Positions 9,527 to 20,459 are shown, counted from the stretch's first letter. The stretch: 64,000 bases of DNA from Acidobacteriota bacterium (GCA_963663035.1 OY760074.1:3232001-3296000); one strand, 5' to 3'. Program-made: numbers and translations. The notes: a model not told the origin generated them from the sequence alone.

Positions 9527-10453
9527 TTAGAATCTTCGCACCGAGATAAGTTGACCGAGTTCTCTCAGAATTTCACCCCGAGGACCCAGAAACTCCAGTT
9601 CCTGGATGGCTGCTTCCACCAGCTCGATCGCAAGTTTCCGACTGGCCTCGAGACCGTACAAGGCAGGATAGGTGGCTTTTCCATTCAGATGGTCTTTGCC
9701 CGGGGTCTTTCCCGATTCCTGGGTAGAGCTGTCCACATCCAAAATGTCGTCCACAATCTGAAAAGCCAGGCCAATCTTGTGGCCAAAGGCCCGGAGTTTT
9801 TCCGAAGCCTCCTCTGAAGCCCCCGACAGTAGAGCGGCGCAGTACACTGAAGCCAGGATCAAAGCACCGGTCTTGGCCGAGTGAATCTGCTCCAGCTGTT
9901 GGGCGGAGAACGGTTTGCCTTGCTGCACCAGGTCCATCACCTGTCCGGCCAACATCCCTCCTTGGGTGCCGGTTGCTCGACAAAGCTGGTCCAGCACAAG
10001 TACTTTGGCCTCGGTCTCTTCCGATTGAACTGGGAGTTCCGTTAGCAGTTGGAAAGCTCTGACCAGGAGCGCATTTCCCGCCAAAATAGCGATTCCTTCT
10101 CCAAACTTCCTGTGTGTACTCAGTTGGCCTCTTCGGTAATCATCGTCATCCATAGCAGGAAGGTCGTCATGGATGAGTGAGTAGGTATGGATCATCTCCA
10201 GCGCAGCAGCCAGATGGATCAATTTCTGAAAATCCCCCCCCAGAGCGTCTCCTGTGGCCAGGGCGAGAATGGGCCGAATCCTCTTTCCGGAAGAAAAGAC
10301 ACTGTAACGCATTGCTTCGTGAATCACTTCCGGATGGGAGTGGGCAGGGGGTAAGAAACTGTCCAGGTATTGGTCCAGGGTCAGCTTTTGTTCCTTGAGG
10401 TAATCCTGGATGCTAAAGTCGCTTTTCAGACCGGTTGTGGTCTCTCTCTTCAA
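9527..10453 (-). CDS. ispA: Farnesyl/geranylgeranyl diphosphate synthase
   Basis: GKRIRP, HTYSLIHDDLPAMDDDDYRRG, KTG, FQIVDDILD motifs. Confidence 0.95.
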   Translation of the reverse strand: MKRETTTGLKSDFSIQDYLKEQKLTLDQYLDSFLPPAHSHPEVIHEAMRYSVFSSGKRIRPILALATGDALGGDFQKLIHLAAALEMIHTYSLIHDDLPAMDDDDYRRGQLSTHRKFGEGIAILAGNALLVRAFQLLTELPVQSEETEAKVLVLDQLCRATGTQGGMLAGQVMDLVQQGKPFSAQQLEQIHSAKTGALILASVYCAALLSGASEEASEKLRAFGHKIGLAFQIVDDILDVDSSTQESGKTPGKDHLNGKATYPALYGLEASRKLAIELVEAAIQELEFLGPRGEILRELGQLISVRRF

Positions 10454-10698
10454 CCTTTTGACTCTCCCTCAGGCTGGAAGGTCTCTTCAGTGACATCTCC
10501 TTTTTCGTCCTTCAACAAGATCTCTACCTTGCGCTCTGCCTCATCCAGTTTGGTATTGCAAAATCGGGAGATTTTAATACCTTCCTCAAAAAGTTTGAGG
10601 GCCTTCTCGAGTGCGAGTTCCCCTTTTTCCAGCTTCTCCACGATGCCTTCAAGGCGGGCTAAGGCATCTTCGAAGTCCTTATACGCCGTGGTCGTCAT
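10450..10698 (-). CDS. xseB: Exodeoxyribonuclease VII small subunit
   Basis: FEDALARLEGIVEKLEKGELALE...FEEG; located between xseA and ispA. Confidence 0.96.
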   Translation of the reverse strand: MTTTAYKDFEDALARLEGIVEKLEKGELALEKALKLFEEGIKISRFCNTKLDEAERKVEILLKDEKGDVTEETFQPEGESKG

Positions 10699-11972
10699 AA
10701 CTTTTGCGCTCGGAAGTCGCCGTGTTGCACACGAACGCCAACCTCGTCCCCTTCCTTTAGCTGATCAGGGTCACGGACCACCTCTGTGCTTGTCGTGGTA
10801 ACGATAGCATAGCCTCGTTCCAGAACCGCCAGTGGAGAGTACGCCTGAAGCTGGCCACTACTGGCTGTGAGTAAATGTTTCTTGGACTGCAGATAAAACT
10901 GAATTTGTTGCCGCAACAGCTGGTCCTGTTGAAGGCATCTTTGGCGAAGCAAGATAAAGAGCGTGGGAATGGTCTTGACCAAGCGGGAGTGAAGTTCATC
11001 GAGACGTTGTAAGAAAAATCTCAATTTGCTTTCAGCGTCCACAAAGGCACGGCTGGTAGCCAATCGGCGAAGCCGTTCACGCCTGTCCTTGAGGCCGAGA
11101 CGAAAGGCTTGGATCGACCGTTTCTGGAGACCTTCCACGCGCGTGCACAAATCTTCCCGCGCTGCGGAGACAATCTCGGCGGCCGCCGATGGTGTCGGTG
11201 CCCTGAGGTCGGCAACGAAATCAGTAATGGTGAAATCAGTCTGGTGTCCCACAGCCGAGATGACAGGAATGCGGCAGTCAAAGACCGCCCGAGCCAGGAC
11301 CTCTTCGTTGAATGCCCACAGGTCCTCCAAAGATCCACCGCCCCGAGTCACAATGATCACATCAATATCCTCTCTCGTGTCCAAGTACTGGATTCCCCGT
11401 GCCACTTCCTGGGCAGCTCCCTTTCCCTGGACCTTTGTCGGAAAGATCAAGATATTGACTCGGTCATTGCGTCGCGAAAGCACTCTTAGTACGTCCTGAA
11501 GCGCGGCTCCGGTGGATGAAGTTACCACCCCGATTTTGGCGGGCAAGAGTGGGAGAACTTTCTTATGGGCCTCGTCGAACAGACCTTCGGTCTGAAGCTT
11601 GGATTTCAATTGCTCAAAGGCCAGTTGTAGAGCTCCAGGACCCACCGGTTCCAAAAACTCCACCACCAGCTGGAACTCACCGCGGGGAGGATAAACAGAG
11701 ACAGAACCGCGGGCAAGGACATCCAGGCCGTCCTGGGGACGGAACTTCAAGAGGCGGTTTTGCATTCTAAAGCAAACCGCTCTGACTTGAGCAGAGCTGT
11801 CTTTGAGTGTGAAATAACTGTGTCCGGAGGAAGGGGTCTTGAAGTTGGAAATTTCTCCCCGAACCCACAGGTCTTGAAAGTTGGTTTCCAGTTGAAGCTT
11901 GACACCTTCGACAAGCTGGGAGACTGAAAGTATTTTCCTTTCCTCCAGCAGGTTGAGCTCTTGTTGTCGCAT
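10695..11972 (-). CDS. xseA: Exodeoxyribonuclease VII large subunit
   Basis: GEISNF...SGHSYFTLKD OB fold, RGGGSLEDLWAFN, ADLRAPTPSAAAE, LERGYA. Confidence 0.97.
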   Translation of the reverse strand: MRQQELNLLEERKILSVSQLVEGVKLQLETNFQDLWVRGEISNFKTPSSGHSYFTLKDSSAQVRAVCFRMQNRLLKFRPQDGLDVLARGSVSVYPPRGEFQLVVEFLEPVGPGALQLAFEQLKSKLQTEGLFDEAHKKVLPLLPAKIGVVTSSTGAALQDVLRVLSRRNDRVNILIFPTKVQGKGAAQEVARGIQYLDTREDIDVIIVTRGGGSLEDLWAFNEEVLARAVFDCRIPVISAVGHQTDFTITDFVADLRAPTPSAAAEIVSAAREDLCTRVEGLQKRSIQAFRLGLKDRRERLRRLATSRAFVDAESKLRFFLQRLDELHSRLVKTIPTLFILLRQRCLQQDQLLRQQIQFYLQSKKHLLTASSGQLQAYSPLAVLERGYAIVTTTSTEVVRDPDQLKEGDEVGVRVQHGDFRAQKL

Positions 11973-12137
11973 GGGTGTCTTCGAAGTCTTTGAAAGCTTT
12001 CCCTGACCGTCAGTTGCGAGCGATCAAAATGAGTGGGAAAAAGTATATAGTCCCCGCCCCTACCTGTCAAAGCGAGTGGGCCGGCTGCGCTGGGAGGGTT
12101 GTTCCTTAGGGTTCTTTTCCTCTATCATGATGAGGAG

Positions 12138-12995
12138 ATGGCTTGGTTTAAGAAGGAAAAACCTCCCCTTCAGACTCCTGTGGAGAAAGAGGGACGAGTC
12201 CGGACTGAGGGGCTTTTCACCAAGTGCCCGGCTTGCGAAAACTTTATTTGGAAAAAGGAACTGACAAGCAATCTTTTTGTCTGTCCGAAATGTTCCCATC
12301 ACTCCAAGATCAACGCCCGCCAACGTTTGAAGTACCTGATGGATGACGGTCGGTACAAGGAATTCGATGCCCACCTGAAGTCCTCCGATCCACTTCAGTT
12401 TGTCGACAGGAAGAACTACAGAGAGCGTCTGGAAAAGGCCATTCAGTCGACGGGAAGCAATGAAGCAGTGGTGAATGCCGAAGGCAGCATCCACGGTCAC
12501 GAGGTGGTGTGCGCAGCCATGGAATACAGCTTTATTGGGGGTAGTATGGGCTCCGTGGTGGGTGAAAAGATCACCAGAGCCGTTGAACGGTCCCTCAATA
12601 CCAAAAAGCCCTTGATCGTTGTTTCCGCAAGCGGTGGAGCACGCATGATGGAGGGGGTTCTTTCACTGATGCAAATGGCCAAGATCAGTAGTGCCCTCGC
12701 TCGACTGGACGAGAAGCGAATTCCCTTTATCTCCTTGCTGACAGATCCAACCACGGGAGGAGTTACCGCCAGCTTTGCCATGTTGGGGGATCTGAACATC
12801 GCAGAGCCTAAGGCCCTGATTGGATTCGCCGGTCCGCGGGTTATCGAACAAACCATCCGCCAGAAGCTGCCCGATGGCTTCCAGCGAAGCGAGTTCCTGC
12901 TGGAGCATGGGATGCTGGATGCCGTGCTCTCACGACAAGATCTTCGCGACTTCATTGCCGACTGGCTGCTCTTTATGGGCAAAGCTAGTACCTGA
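12138..12995 (+). CDS. accD: Acetyl-CoA carboxylase carboxyltransferase beta subunit
   Basis: C4 zinc finger, GGSMGSVVGEK, SGGARMMEG, PTTGGVTASFA, FQRSEFLLEHG; GAGGAG RBS before ATG 12138. Confidence 0.97.
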   Translation: MAWFKKEKPPLQTPVEKEGRVRTEGLFTKCPACENFIWKKELTSNLFVCPKCSHHSKINARQRLKYLMDDGRYKEFDAHLKSSDPLQFVDRKNYRERLEKAIQSTGSNEAVVNAEGSIHGHEVVCAAMEYSFIGGSMGSVVGEKITRAVERSLNTKKPLIVVSASGGARMMEGVLSLMQMAKISSALARLDEKRIPFISLLTDPTTGGVTASFAMLGDLNIAEPKALIGFAGPRVIEQTIRQKLPDGFQRSEFLLEHGMLDAVLSRQDLRDFIADWLLFMGKAST

Positions 12996-12999
12996 AGGA

Positions 13000-14277
13000 A
13001 TGAATCACGCCCAGTGCCTCGTCTACCTGGAAAAGCTTGGCGACGAGGTGATGACCATGAAGTTCGGATTGCAGACGATCCGAGCACTTCTTGAGGTACT
13101 GGGCAACCCACATTTGAATTACCCCTGTGTTCTCATTGGCGGGACCAATGGGAAGGGTTCAGTGGCCCGTTTCCTCAATTCAGCTTGCGCCGCCTGCGGG
13201 ATTCGCAATGGACTGTATACCTCACCCCATCTCATCCAGGTGGAGGAGCGTTTCGTGGTGGATTACCTTCCCATCACGCCCCAGACATTTGCTCACTATC
13301 TCACCCGCGTCGTCGATGCTATCCACGAATTGAAAAACTCCTTTCACCCCACCTACTTCGAGACTTTAACGGCTGTTGCTTTCCTCTATTTTTCCGAACA
13401 GAAAGTAGAGCTCGCTATTCTGGAGGTGGGAATGGGAGGGCGCCTGGACAGCACAAATGTCGTCGATCCTCTTCTTGCCATCCTGACTCCGGTGGGACTG
13501 GACCACCAAAAAGTTCTGGGTGAGACTTTGGAAGAAGTGGCTTATGAAAAGGCGGGCATTCTGGGGCAGTCACGATCTGCGCTGATGGCTCCTCAGCGGT
13601 CTCAAGTGAGGCGGGTTTTCCAGGGCGAGGCGGCCAGAAAAGAGGTCGAACTTCACGAATTGGATTCCCCGGCAATGCGGTGCGAGGAGTCTGAGGACGG
13701 GAGGTATTCCTTCCACTTCCACGGGATTGAGGGGAAGCTCCCACTGTACGGTCAGCACCAGGTTGAAAACGCGGCTTTGGCCATACAGGCAGTCGAGATC
13801 CTGAGCAAATCCGGTTTTTCCGTCTCCCCCTCCTGTATTGAAAAGGGCATTGAAGAAACGTGTTGGCTGGGAAGAATCCAGGTTTTCGGAAAGGATCCCA
13901 CGGTGGTTTTGGACGGGGCCCACAATCGGGATGCGGCTAGAAACCTGGTGAATTTCCTCAGCCAGCATACTCCAGCTCCTCGCGCACTGGTGTTTGCCAT
14001 GATGAGAGACAAGGACATCGCTATAGTTCTGGAAAGTCTGGCAGGCTGCTTCGAGCGGATCTATCTCACCCGTGTTAACTCGCGGCGCTCGGCCCCCATT
14101 GAGGAGCTCCAGAACTTCTGTCCCTCAGGCCTTCCCGTGGAAGATCCTGTTGTGGCCTACCGTCAGGCCCGCGATTCGGGGGCCGCAACCGTGGTCGCAG
14201 CCGGTTCTCTCTACCTTGTCGGGGAGCTTCTGAAAGAATTTCAAGAGCAGCCTGTGGTTAGCCCGAACTATACATAA
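13000..14277 (+). CDS. folC: Folylpolyglutamate synthase/dihydrofolate synthase
   Basis: GTNGKGS, YTSPHL, EVGMGGRLDSTN, DGAHN, GSLYLVGE. The last six codons, including the stop, come from repeat A2. Confidence 0.95.
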   Translation: MNHAQCLVYLEKLGDEVMTMKFGLQTIRALLEVLGNPHLNYPCVLIGGTNGKGSVARFLNSACAACGIRNGLYTSPHLIQVEERFVVDYLPITPQTFAHYLTRVVDAIHELKNSFHPTYFETLTAVAFLYFSEQKVELAILEVGMGGRLDSTNVVDPLLAILTPVGLDHQKVLGETLEEVAYEKAGILGQSRSALMAPQRSQVRRVFQGEAARKEVELHELDSPAMRCEESEDGRYSFHFHGIEGKLPLYGQHQVENAALAIQAVEILSKSGFSVSPSCIEKGIEETCWLGRIQVFGKDPTVVLDGAHNRDAARNLVNFLSQHTPAPRALVFAMMRDKDIAIVLESLAGCFERIYLTRVNSRRSAPIEELQNFCPSGLPVEDPVVAYRQARDSGAATVVAAGSLYLVGELLKEFQEQPVVSPNYT

Positions 14278-14522
14278 ATTCTCTACTGCAGCGACGAAAT
14301 CATCCGCCCTGCCAGCGTTGCGCGACCCGCACAAGCGGGTACCCCTCGGCCTCCTCAACGTACTCAAGAGTACGTTTGCGGGGGCCGACCCGCAAGCGGG
14401 TATCCCTCGCGCGCCAGTCGGAGCCGCAGGTTTTAGCCTGCGGGCCCGTGGGCTAAAGCCCACGGCTCTGTTTTCGGCGCTTTCGTCGCTTCGTGACAAG
14501 AACCTATGCATAGTCCGGGCTA
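14259..14522 (+). repeat. Family A element, copy A2 (264 bp, all modules)
   Basis: TAGCCCGAACTATACATA ... TATGCATAGTCCGGGCTA; hairpins CGTACTC-AA-GAGTACG, ACCCGC-AA-GCGGGT, CCGCAGG..CCTGCGG, CCGTGGGCT-AA-AGCCCACGG. Confidence 0.92.
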
Positions 14523-15053
14523 ATCAATCTCAAACAGGAGCTCTCCGCCGTTAACAATTTCTCCTTCCTGGACATTGCAGGTCGTAACGGTTCCCGACTT
14601 GGGCGACTTGAGCTCATTTTGCATCTTCATGGCTTCAATGATGACCAGCCCTTGTCCCTCCCTGACCGCCTCGCCCTCACCGGCCAGGACCGTAATGACC
14701 TTTCCCGTCATGGGGGCCGTGAGGGATGCGACTCGTGGTGTTTCAGGTGGGAGTAAACTCCTTGCCAGCTTCTTCCTCAGAGGGGAGACTTGGATGGCAA
14801 AGGTTTGATGGTTCCAATCAATCAGCAGCTCGTCTTTTCGCTCGGACACCAGGACATCTTCGATCTGCCCATTGACTTCCAGCGTCCAACGCTCCTGGCT
14901 GCGACTCAAGACGCGCACCCGTAGGATCTGCTTCCCATCGGGCCTTTGGATCTCTATTTTAAAATGAGATCCAGAATCGGAACTCTCTTGCTTTTCCAGC
15001 TCGATTTGATAAGTCCGATTGCGGTGTCTGGCCTCAATTTTTACCCTGACTAT
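14520..15053 (-). CDS. Biotin carboxyl carrier subunit of an acyl-CoA carboxylase
   Basis: APMTGKV...EAMKMQNEL biotinyl motif. Frame is open upstream of GTG 14918 to about 15053 (IVRVKIEARHRNRTYQIEL); start uncertain. Confidence 0.88.
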   Translation of the reverse strand: MVRVKIEARHRNRTYQIELEKQESSDSGSHFKIEIQRPDGKQILRVRVLSRSQERWTLEVNGQIEDVLVSERKDELLIDWNHQTFAIQVSPLRKKLARSLLPPETPRVASLTAPMTGKVITVLAGEGEAVREGQGLVIIEAMKMQNELKSPKSGTVTTCNVQEGEIVNGGELLFEID

Positions 15054-16468
15054 TGATTTGGCTTGGATCGGTCAAAGCTTCGCTCTCCTCTTGCTCCGAA
15101 CTGCTCGATGTTCTGACTCAGAAGATCTCCTGGATCCAGCACCAGACCATCCTTGATGACCAGGTGAATCTCTTGGGTATTCGTAATGTCCTCCAGAGGA
15201 TCGGCGTCAAGGATGACCATGTCTGCGTATTTTCCGGTCTCGAGGGTGCCGAGGTCGTCTTCTTTGTTCATAACCTTGGCGTTATTGAGGGTCGCCGCCT
15301 GGAGGGCTTCCATCGGCGTGATCCCCGCTTGCACAAACATTTCCATTTCCTGATGCAGGCTCCAACCCGGGAGGGCTGCACCCGGAGAATCGGTTCCCGC
15401 TATCAGGAGCCCACCTGCCTTTTGAAATTGGCGGGTAACATCTTTCATCATGTCGACCGTCTTTCTCCAATTTTCGCGATCTGCAGAATCGAAGGCTCCA
15501 AAGCGGGCGGGTTCGTCTTCAGGGATGTACTGGAGAGCAGGATCCTGGTCGTGTTCTGGAGTATTGCGCAGGACAAAATTCCGTTCAAAGTTCACCAGGG
15601 TGGGAGCGAAATAAACATCATCTTCAACCATCAACTCGATGAGACTGTCCACTTTGCTGGTATCCACTTCGGTATACATTCGGCCGTACCAGAAGCGGAA
15701 TATGTGGTCCCGGTTCCCCGGGTCCTAGTCAGCGGGAACGGTGACCTCTTTTCCCATGGAGTCTTCCAGAACTCCTAGAGCATGTTCAATCCCGTCAAGC
15801 CCTGCCTCTACGGCCAGACGCGCGCCGGGGGCCCTACCGCCCCGCTTTGGACCGGTGTGTCCGTAGACGATCAAGCCGTTGGCATGGGCAACCTCAACAA
15901 TATCGCGGAGTTCGGCGGAGGTGTATCCGGTCACCTTGATGCCGTCAACTCCTGCTTCCGCCAGCATGGTAGTCATTTCCCGGGCGCTGTCCAGATGCAT
16001 CGCCCGCACCGATCCGGGATTGATGCCCATTCCTGAGATAAACAATCTGGGTGCCAGAATATTGCCCACTGCAATCTCCTCGCGCAGGGTCATGAGTCTG
16101 TCAATTGAACCTCCCAGATCCCGAACCGTTGTGACTCCGTTTGCCAGGTAGAGCCGGTGGAGCCAGGGCATGCCATAATGGACGTGAGAATCGATCAAGC
16201 CGGGGATAATGTATTTACCGTGGGCTTGAATGACCTGTGCGCCCGCCGGGATGTTGAGTTCCCCCTGTTTGCCAATTTGCTGGATGCGGCCGTTTTCAAT
16301 CAGGATCGCCGCATTTGCAACAGGTAGTGCTCCTGTCCCGTCAATGAGGGTCCCTCCCTCCACCACCACCACCACCCCACCCGCTGTCTGACCGTAGCCG
16401 GCTGAGCACAAGAAGACGGCTAACAGAAATAAGCTAAAGAATGGTGCGTACTTTGCTTGATCAGGCAT
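15050..16468 (-). pseudogene. Secreted amidohydrolase interrupted by an in-frame TAG at 15725-15727 (nonsense change, sequencing error or readthrough)
   Basis: N half has PGLIDSHVH, GVTTVRDLG, IKV, HTG, IEH; C half has GTDS and G.LETGKYADMVILDADPLEDI. The halves are in frame: ...VPAD*DPGNRDHIFRFWYGRMYTEV... Confidence 0.8.
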
Positions 16469-16630
16469 TTTTCGATTCCTCCATAGACCCCTGACCCCTG
16501 ACCGCTGACCACAAACAGCAGACCGCGGTCCGGCAAGCTTTTCATTCAACCTGAGGCTCGAAGAGAACAATTATTGTTCATGAGTATACCGATCCTTACC
16601 ATCTTGTTGTAGTGGTGGCTGCTGCCCTGC

Positions 16631-18148
16631 TCACCATTTGCGAAAAGGATCGGAATAGCGGAGGTAATTCTTCCAAAGGCTGCGTTGGCCGTGAGATCTG
16701 GATTTTGGCTGTTGAGCTTCAAAAAAGTAGTTGAGTGCAGCAGCAATCAAGGGAACGGTGTCACTCTTTTCCGACTCCTCTTCCAGACGCTCGATTAATT
16801 GGTGCTCTTCGACAAAATGGGTATGCAGGTCACCCTTCAGGAAGGCCGGATGGGAGAGAAGGACTTCGAAGAAAGGGAGGGTGGTTGGAACTCCTCCGAT
16901 CTTGTATTCACCCAGAGCCCTTCGCATTCGACCAATGGCTTGCTCGCGATCTTCACCCAAGGCGATCACTTTCGAGATGAGTGGGTCATATTCCACCGGG
17001 ATGACGGATCCGGCACAAACACCGCTGTCAGTGCGGATGCCGGGCCCAGAGGGCTCAAAATAGGTCGTGACCGTGCCGGGAGCAGGGAAGAACGATTTAT
17101 GGGGATCTTCGGCGTAGATGCGACATTCAATGGCCGCACCTCGGGGCTGGATCTCCTCCTGTCTGTAGCGCAGCTTGGAGCCGGCAGCAATCAGAAGTTG
17201 TTGGCGTACCAGGTCAATGCCCGTCACCAGTTCAGTGACCGGATGTTCCACTTGAAGGCGGGTGTTCATCTCCAGGAAATAAAACCTATGCTTTCCAGCT
17301 GTTGCCTCAGCTTCGACGAGAAACTCTACCGTGCCGGCATTGTGATAGTGGGCAGTCCTGGCCACGGCCACGGCCGCTTCTCCGATTTCTTCCCGGAACT
17401 GCGGGTCTACCAGAGGCGAAGGGCTTTCCTCCACGAGTTTCTGGTGGCGGCGCTGGATAGAGCACTCTCTTTCACCCAGGTGAATCAAGTTTCCCTCCAG
17501 ATCCCCCAGCACCTGAAGCTCAATGTGACGGGGTTGAACTAAATACTTCTCGATCAGGAGAGTGGGGTCACCAAAGGATGCCTGGGCCTCGGCGCGGGCA
17601 ATTTCGTAAAGGGAGCTGAGTTCCTCCTGGCTCCCCACCAGCCGCAAGCCTTTACCCCCTCCTCCGGCACTGGCCTTGAGCATGACGGGGTATCCAATTT
17701 CAGAAGCCATCGTCAACGCATCGTCGCCTGATTGAAGGGGTCCTGGGCTACCGGGAAGGATCGGAACACCTGCTTTCTGGACGGCTGCCCGGCTGGCGAT
17801 TTTGTCTCCCATCAGCTTCATGGAAGCCGCCGAGGGACCAATAAAGACCAAACCGGAGTCCTCACAGGCTTGGGCAAATTGGCCACTCTCTGACAGAAAA
17901 CCGTAGCCGGGGTGGATGGCCTCCGCCCCTGAACTGCGGGCAGCATCGATGATCTTTTCCATCACCAGATAGCTTTCCAGAGATGAGGAAGGGCCGATGG
18001 AATGAGCCTCATCCGATAGCTTGACATGCAGGGCTTCTCGGTCGATCTCTGAAAAAACCACCACCGGGGAGATGCCGAGATCCCGACAGGCCCGAATGAT
18101 TCGGACCGCGATCTCCCCCCGATTGGCAATCAGGATCTTCTTAAACAT
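16631..18148 (-). CDS. accC: Biotin carboxylase subunit (acetyl/propionyl-CoA carboxylase)
   Basis: KILIANRGEIA, HPGYGFLSE, GGGGKG, ERECSIQRRHQK, EMNTRLQVEHPVTE. Confidence 0.93.
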   Translation of the reverse strand: MFKKILIANRGEIAVRIIRACRDLGISPVVVFSEIDREALHVKLSDEAHSIGPSSSLESYLVMEKIIDAARSSGAEAIHPGYGFLSESGQFAQACEDSGLVFIGPSAASMKLMGDKIASRAAVQKAGVPILPGSPGPLQSGDDALTMASEIGYPVMLKASAGGGGKGLRLVGSQEELSSLYEIARAEAQASFGDPTLLIEKYLVQPRHIELQVLGDLEGNLIHLGERECSIQRRHQKLVEESPSPLVDPQFREEIGEAAVAVARTAHYHNAGTVEFLVEAEATAGKHRFYFLEMNTRLQVEHPVTELVTGIDLVRQQLLIAAGSKLRYRQEEIQPRGAAIECRIYAEDPHKSFFPAPGTVTTYFEPSGPGIRTDSGVCAGSVIPVEYDPLISKVIALGEDREQAIGRMRRALGEYKIGGVPTTLPFFEVLLSHPAFLKGDLHTHFVEEHQLIERLEEESEKSDTVPLIAAALNYFFEAQQPKSRSHGQRSLWKNYLRYSDPFRKW

Positions 18149-18201
18149 ACGCCGGTCAGCCGCTAAGGTGGTCTTCTGTCAGTTGTCAGTTGTCAGTGGA
18201 T

Positions 18202-19752
18202 TTAAAGCGGTATATTCCCATGCTTTCTGGGCGGGTTGGTATCGCGTTTGTTGGAGGTCATCTCCAGGGCACGAATCAGCTTTGAGCGTGTCTGGCGAGG
18301 CTCAATGACCTCATCCACATAGCCTCGCTCTGCGGCCACGTAAGGATTGGCGAAGGTCTTTCGAAACTCTTCGACTTTTTCCTTTTTGAACTTCTCCGGA
18401 TCAGCGCTTTCTGCAAGTTCTCTGCGATACAGGATTTCTACAGCTCCCTCTGGGCCCATCACCGCAACCTCCGCGGTGGGATAGGCATAATTCATGTCTG
18501 TTCGCAGGTGTTTGGAAGCCATCACACAGTAGGCTCCACCATAAGCCTTGCGTGTGATGACGGTGATCTTTGGGACCGTGGCCTCAGCAAAAGCATAGAG
18601 AAGTTTGGCTCCAGCCTTGATGATTCCGCCATGTTCCTGTGTGACCCCCGGCAGAAAACCGGGCACGTCTTCAAAGATCAGAAGGGGAATGTTGAAGGCG
18701 TCACAGAAGCGAACGAAGCGGGCGGCTTTCACGGAAGAGTTAATGTCCAGGGTTCCGGCCAGAACGGCTGGCTGATTGGCCACGATTCCCACTGGGAATC
18801 CGTTTAACCGGGCAAATCCGACCACGATGTTTTCGGCAAACTGAGGATGCACCTCGAAGAATTGATGTTCGTCCACGACCGTGACGATGATTTCCTTCAT
18901 GTCGTACGGCTGATTGGGGTCGGTCGGGACGAGCTTGTCCAGCTGTGGATCGACTCTGTTGGGATCATCCACAGGCTCGTGATAAGGGGGGTCTTCCATG
19001 TTGTTTGAGGGAAGAAAGGAGAGCAACTCACGAATCTGCGCGATGCACTCCTCGTCACTATGGGTGGCGAAGTGAGCAACTCCGCTTATAGTGGAGTGGG
19101 TGGTGGCTCCTCCCAGCTCGGATTTGGTCACTTCCTCCTGTGTGACAGTCTTGATGACGTCCGGGCCTGTAATAAACATATAACTGGTCTGATGCACCAT
19201 AAAGGTAAAATCAGTGATAGCGGGTGAATAGACAGCTCCACCGGCACAGGGGCCCATGATGGCAGAAATTTGTGGAATGACACCGCTGGCCAGAGTGTTG
19301 CGCAGGAAAATATCACTGTACCCGGCCAGACTCACAACCCCTTCCTGAATACGCGCCCCGCCGCTGTCATTGAAACCAAGGACCGGGGCGCCCATCTTCA
19401 TGGCCAGGTCCAGGACCTTGCAGATTTTGGCGGCGTACGTCTCAGAGAGACTTCCCCCAAAGACCGTGAAGTCCTGAGCGAAGAGATACACCAGGCGGCC
19501 ATCAACTTTGCCGTAGCCGGTAATCACGCCGTCCCCCGGGATCTTTCTTTTCTCCATTCCCAGGTTGGTGCATCGATGCACGACGAACTTGTCCATCTCC
19601 TCAAAAGTGCCTGGGTCCAGGAGTAAATGGATTCGTTCTCGAGCGGTCAGCTTTCCCGCTTTGTGTTGACGCTCAATGCGCTCTTCACCGCCACCTTGTT
19701 CCGCCTCGCGATGGCGACGTTGGAGCTCCTTTAGCTGTTGTTCAGCATCCAT
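18202..19752 (-). CDS. pccB: Acyl-CoA (propionyl-CoA) carboxylase carboxyltransferase beta subunit
   Basis: [51 protein letters not shown] end. Confidence 0.92.
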   Translation of the reverse strand: MDAEQQLKELQRRHREAEQGGGEERIERQHKAGKLTARERIHLLLDPGTFEEMDKFVVHRCTNLGMEKRKIPGDGVITGYGKVDGRLVYLFAQDFTVFGGSLSETYAAKICKVLDLAMKMGAPVLGFNDSGGARIQEGVVSLAGYSDIFLRNTLASGVIPQISAIMGPCAGGAVYSPAITDFTFMVHQTSYMFITGPDVIKTVTQEEVTKSELGGATTHSTISGVAHFATHSDEECIAQIRELLSFLPSNNMEDPPYHEPVDDPNRVDPQLDKLVPTDPNQPYDMKEIIVTVVDEHQFFEVHPQFAENIVVGFARLNGFPVGIVANQPAVLAGTLDINSSVKAARFVRFCDAFNIPLLIFEDVPGFLPGVTQEHGGIIKAGAKLLYAFAEATVPKITVITRKAYGGAYCVMASKHLRTDMNYAYPTAEVAVMGPEGAVEILYRRELAESADPEKFKKEKVEEFRKTFANPYVAAERGYVDEVIEPRQTRSKLIRALEMTSNKRDTNPPRKHGNIPL

Positions 19753-19802
19753 ATGCTGTGTGGGAGCTTGTCACGAGGTTCTCCAGCCTGAAGCTGGAAG
19801 CT

Positions 19803-20459
19803 TCAGCTTCGCACCAGCTCCTTTTGCTTTTCCCAGTCGGCTAGAAACTTTTCCAGCCCGATGTCGGTCAAAGGATGCTTGAGGAGTTGCTCCATGACCT
19901 TTAAGGGCATGGTGGCGATATCGGCCCCCATCCTGGCTGACTCCAGCACGTGCATCGGATGGCGAACAGAGGCCACTAAGACTTCGGTGTCTAACTGGTA
20001 GTTGTCGTAGATGGTAAGGATGTCTGCGATCAGATCCATGCTGTCAGTGCCGATGTCGTCCAGGCGCCCGCAAAAGGGGCTCACAACGGTTGCTCCGTTC
20101 TTGGCAGCCAGCAGTGCCTGATTGGCGCTGAAAATCAAGGTGACATTGACACGAATGCCTTCTTGAGTGACCACGTGCAAAGCTTTCAGGCCTTCACGGA
20201 TCATCGGAATCTTCACCAGGATATTCTCATGGATTTTCGCCAATTTCCGTGCTTCGGTAATGATTTGACTAGCTTCTGTCGACACCACTTCCAGGCTGAC
20301 CGGACCCTCTACCAGGTCACAAATCTCTCTTGCCACCTCCTCCAGGGGTCTTCCCTCTTTGGCTATCAGGGAAGGATTGGTGGTAACACCATCCACAAGT
20401 CCCAGAGACACGCCCTGGCGAATGTCCTCAAGATCGGCAGTGTCCAGAAAGAATTTCAT
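19803..20459 (-). CDS. fsa: Transaldolase (FSA/TalC family)
   Basis: [48 protein letters not shown]. Confidence 0.92.
   Translation of the reverse strand: MKFFLDTADLEDIRQGVSLGLVDGVTTNPSLIAKEGRPLEEVAREICDLVEGPVSLEVVSTEASQIITEARKLAKIHENILVKIPMIREGLKALHVVTQEGIRVNVTLIFSANQALLAAKNGATVVSPFCGRLDDIGTDSMDLIADILTIYDNYQLDTEVLVASVRHPMHVLESARMGADIATMPLKVMEQLLKHPLTDIGLEKFLADWEKQKELVRS

Noticed and set aside
14318-14554. Similar short ORFs inside family A copies (also 8553-8813, 29689-29913, 42121-42483, 48996-49307, 63647-63910)
   Set aside because: Their similarity comes from the DNA repeat. Frames and starts differ between copies and there is no RBS or known motif.
15725-15727. Genome-wide amber recoding
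   Set aside because: Many genes here end normally at TAG (rnc, tlyA, PP2C, pgl) and only one internal TAG was seen.
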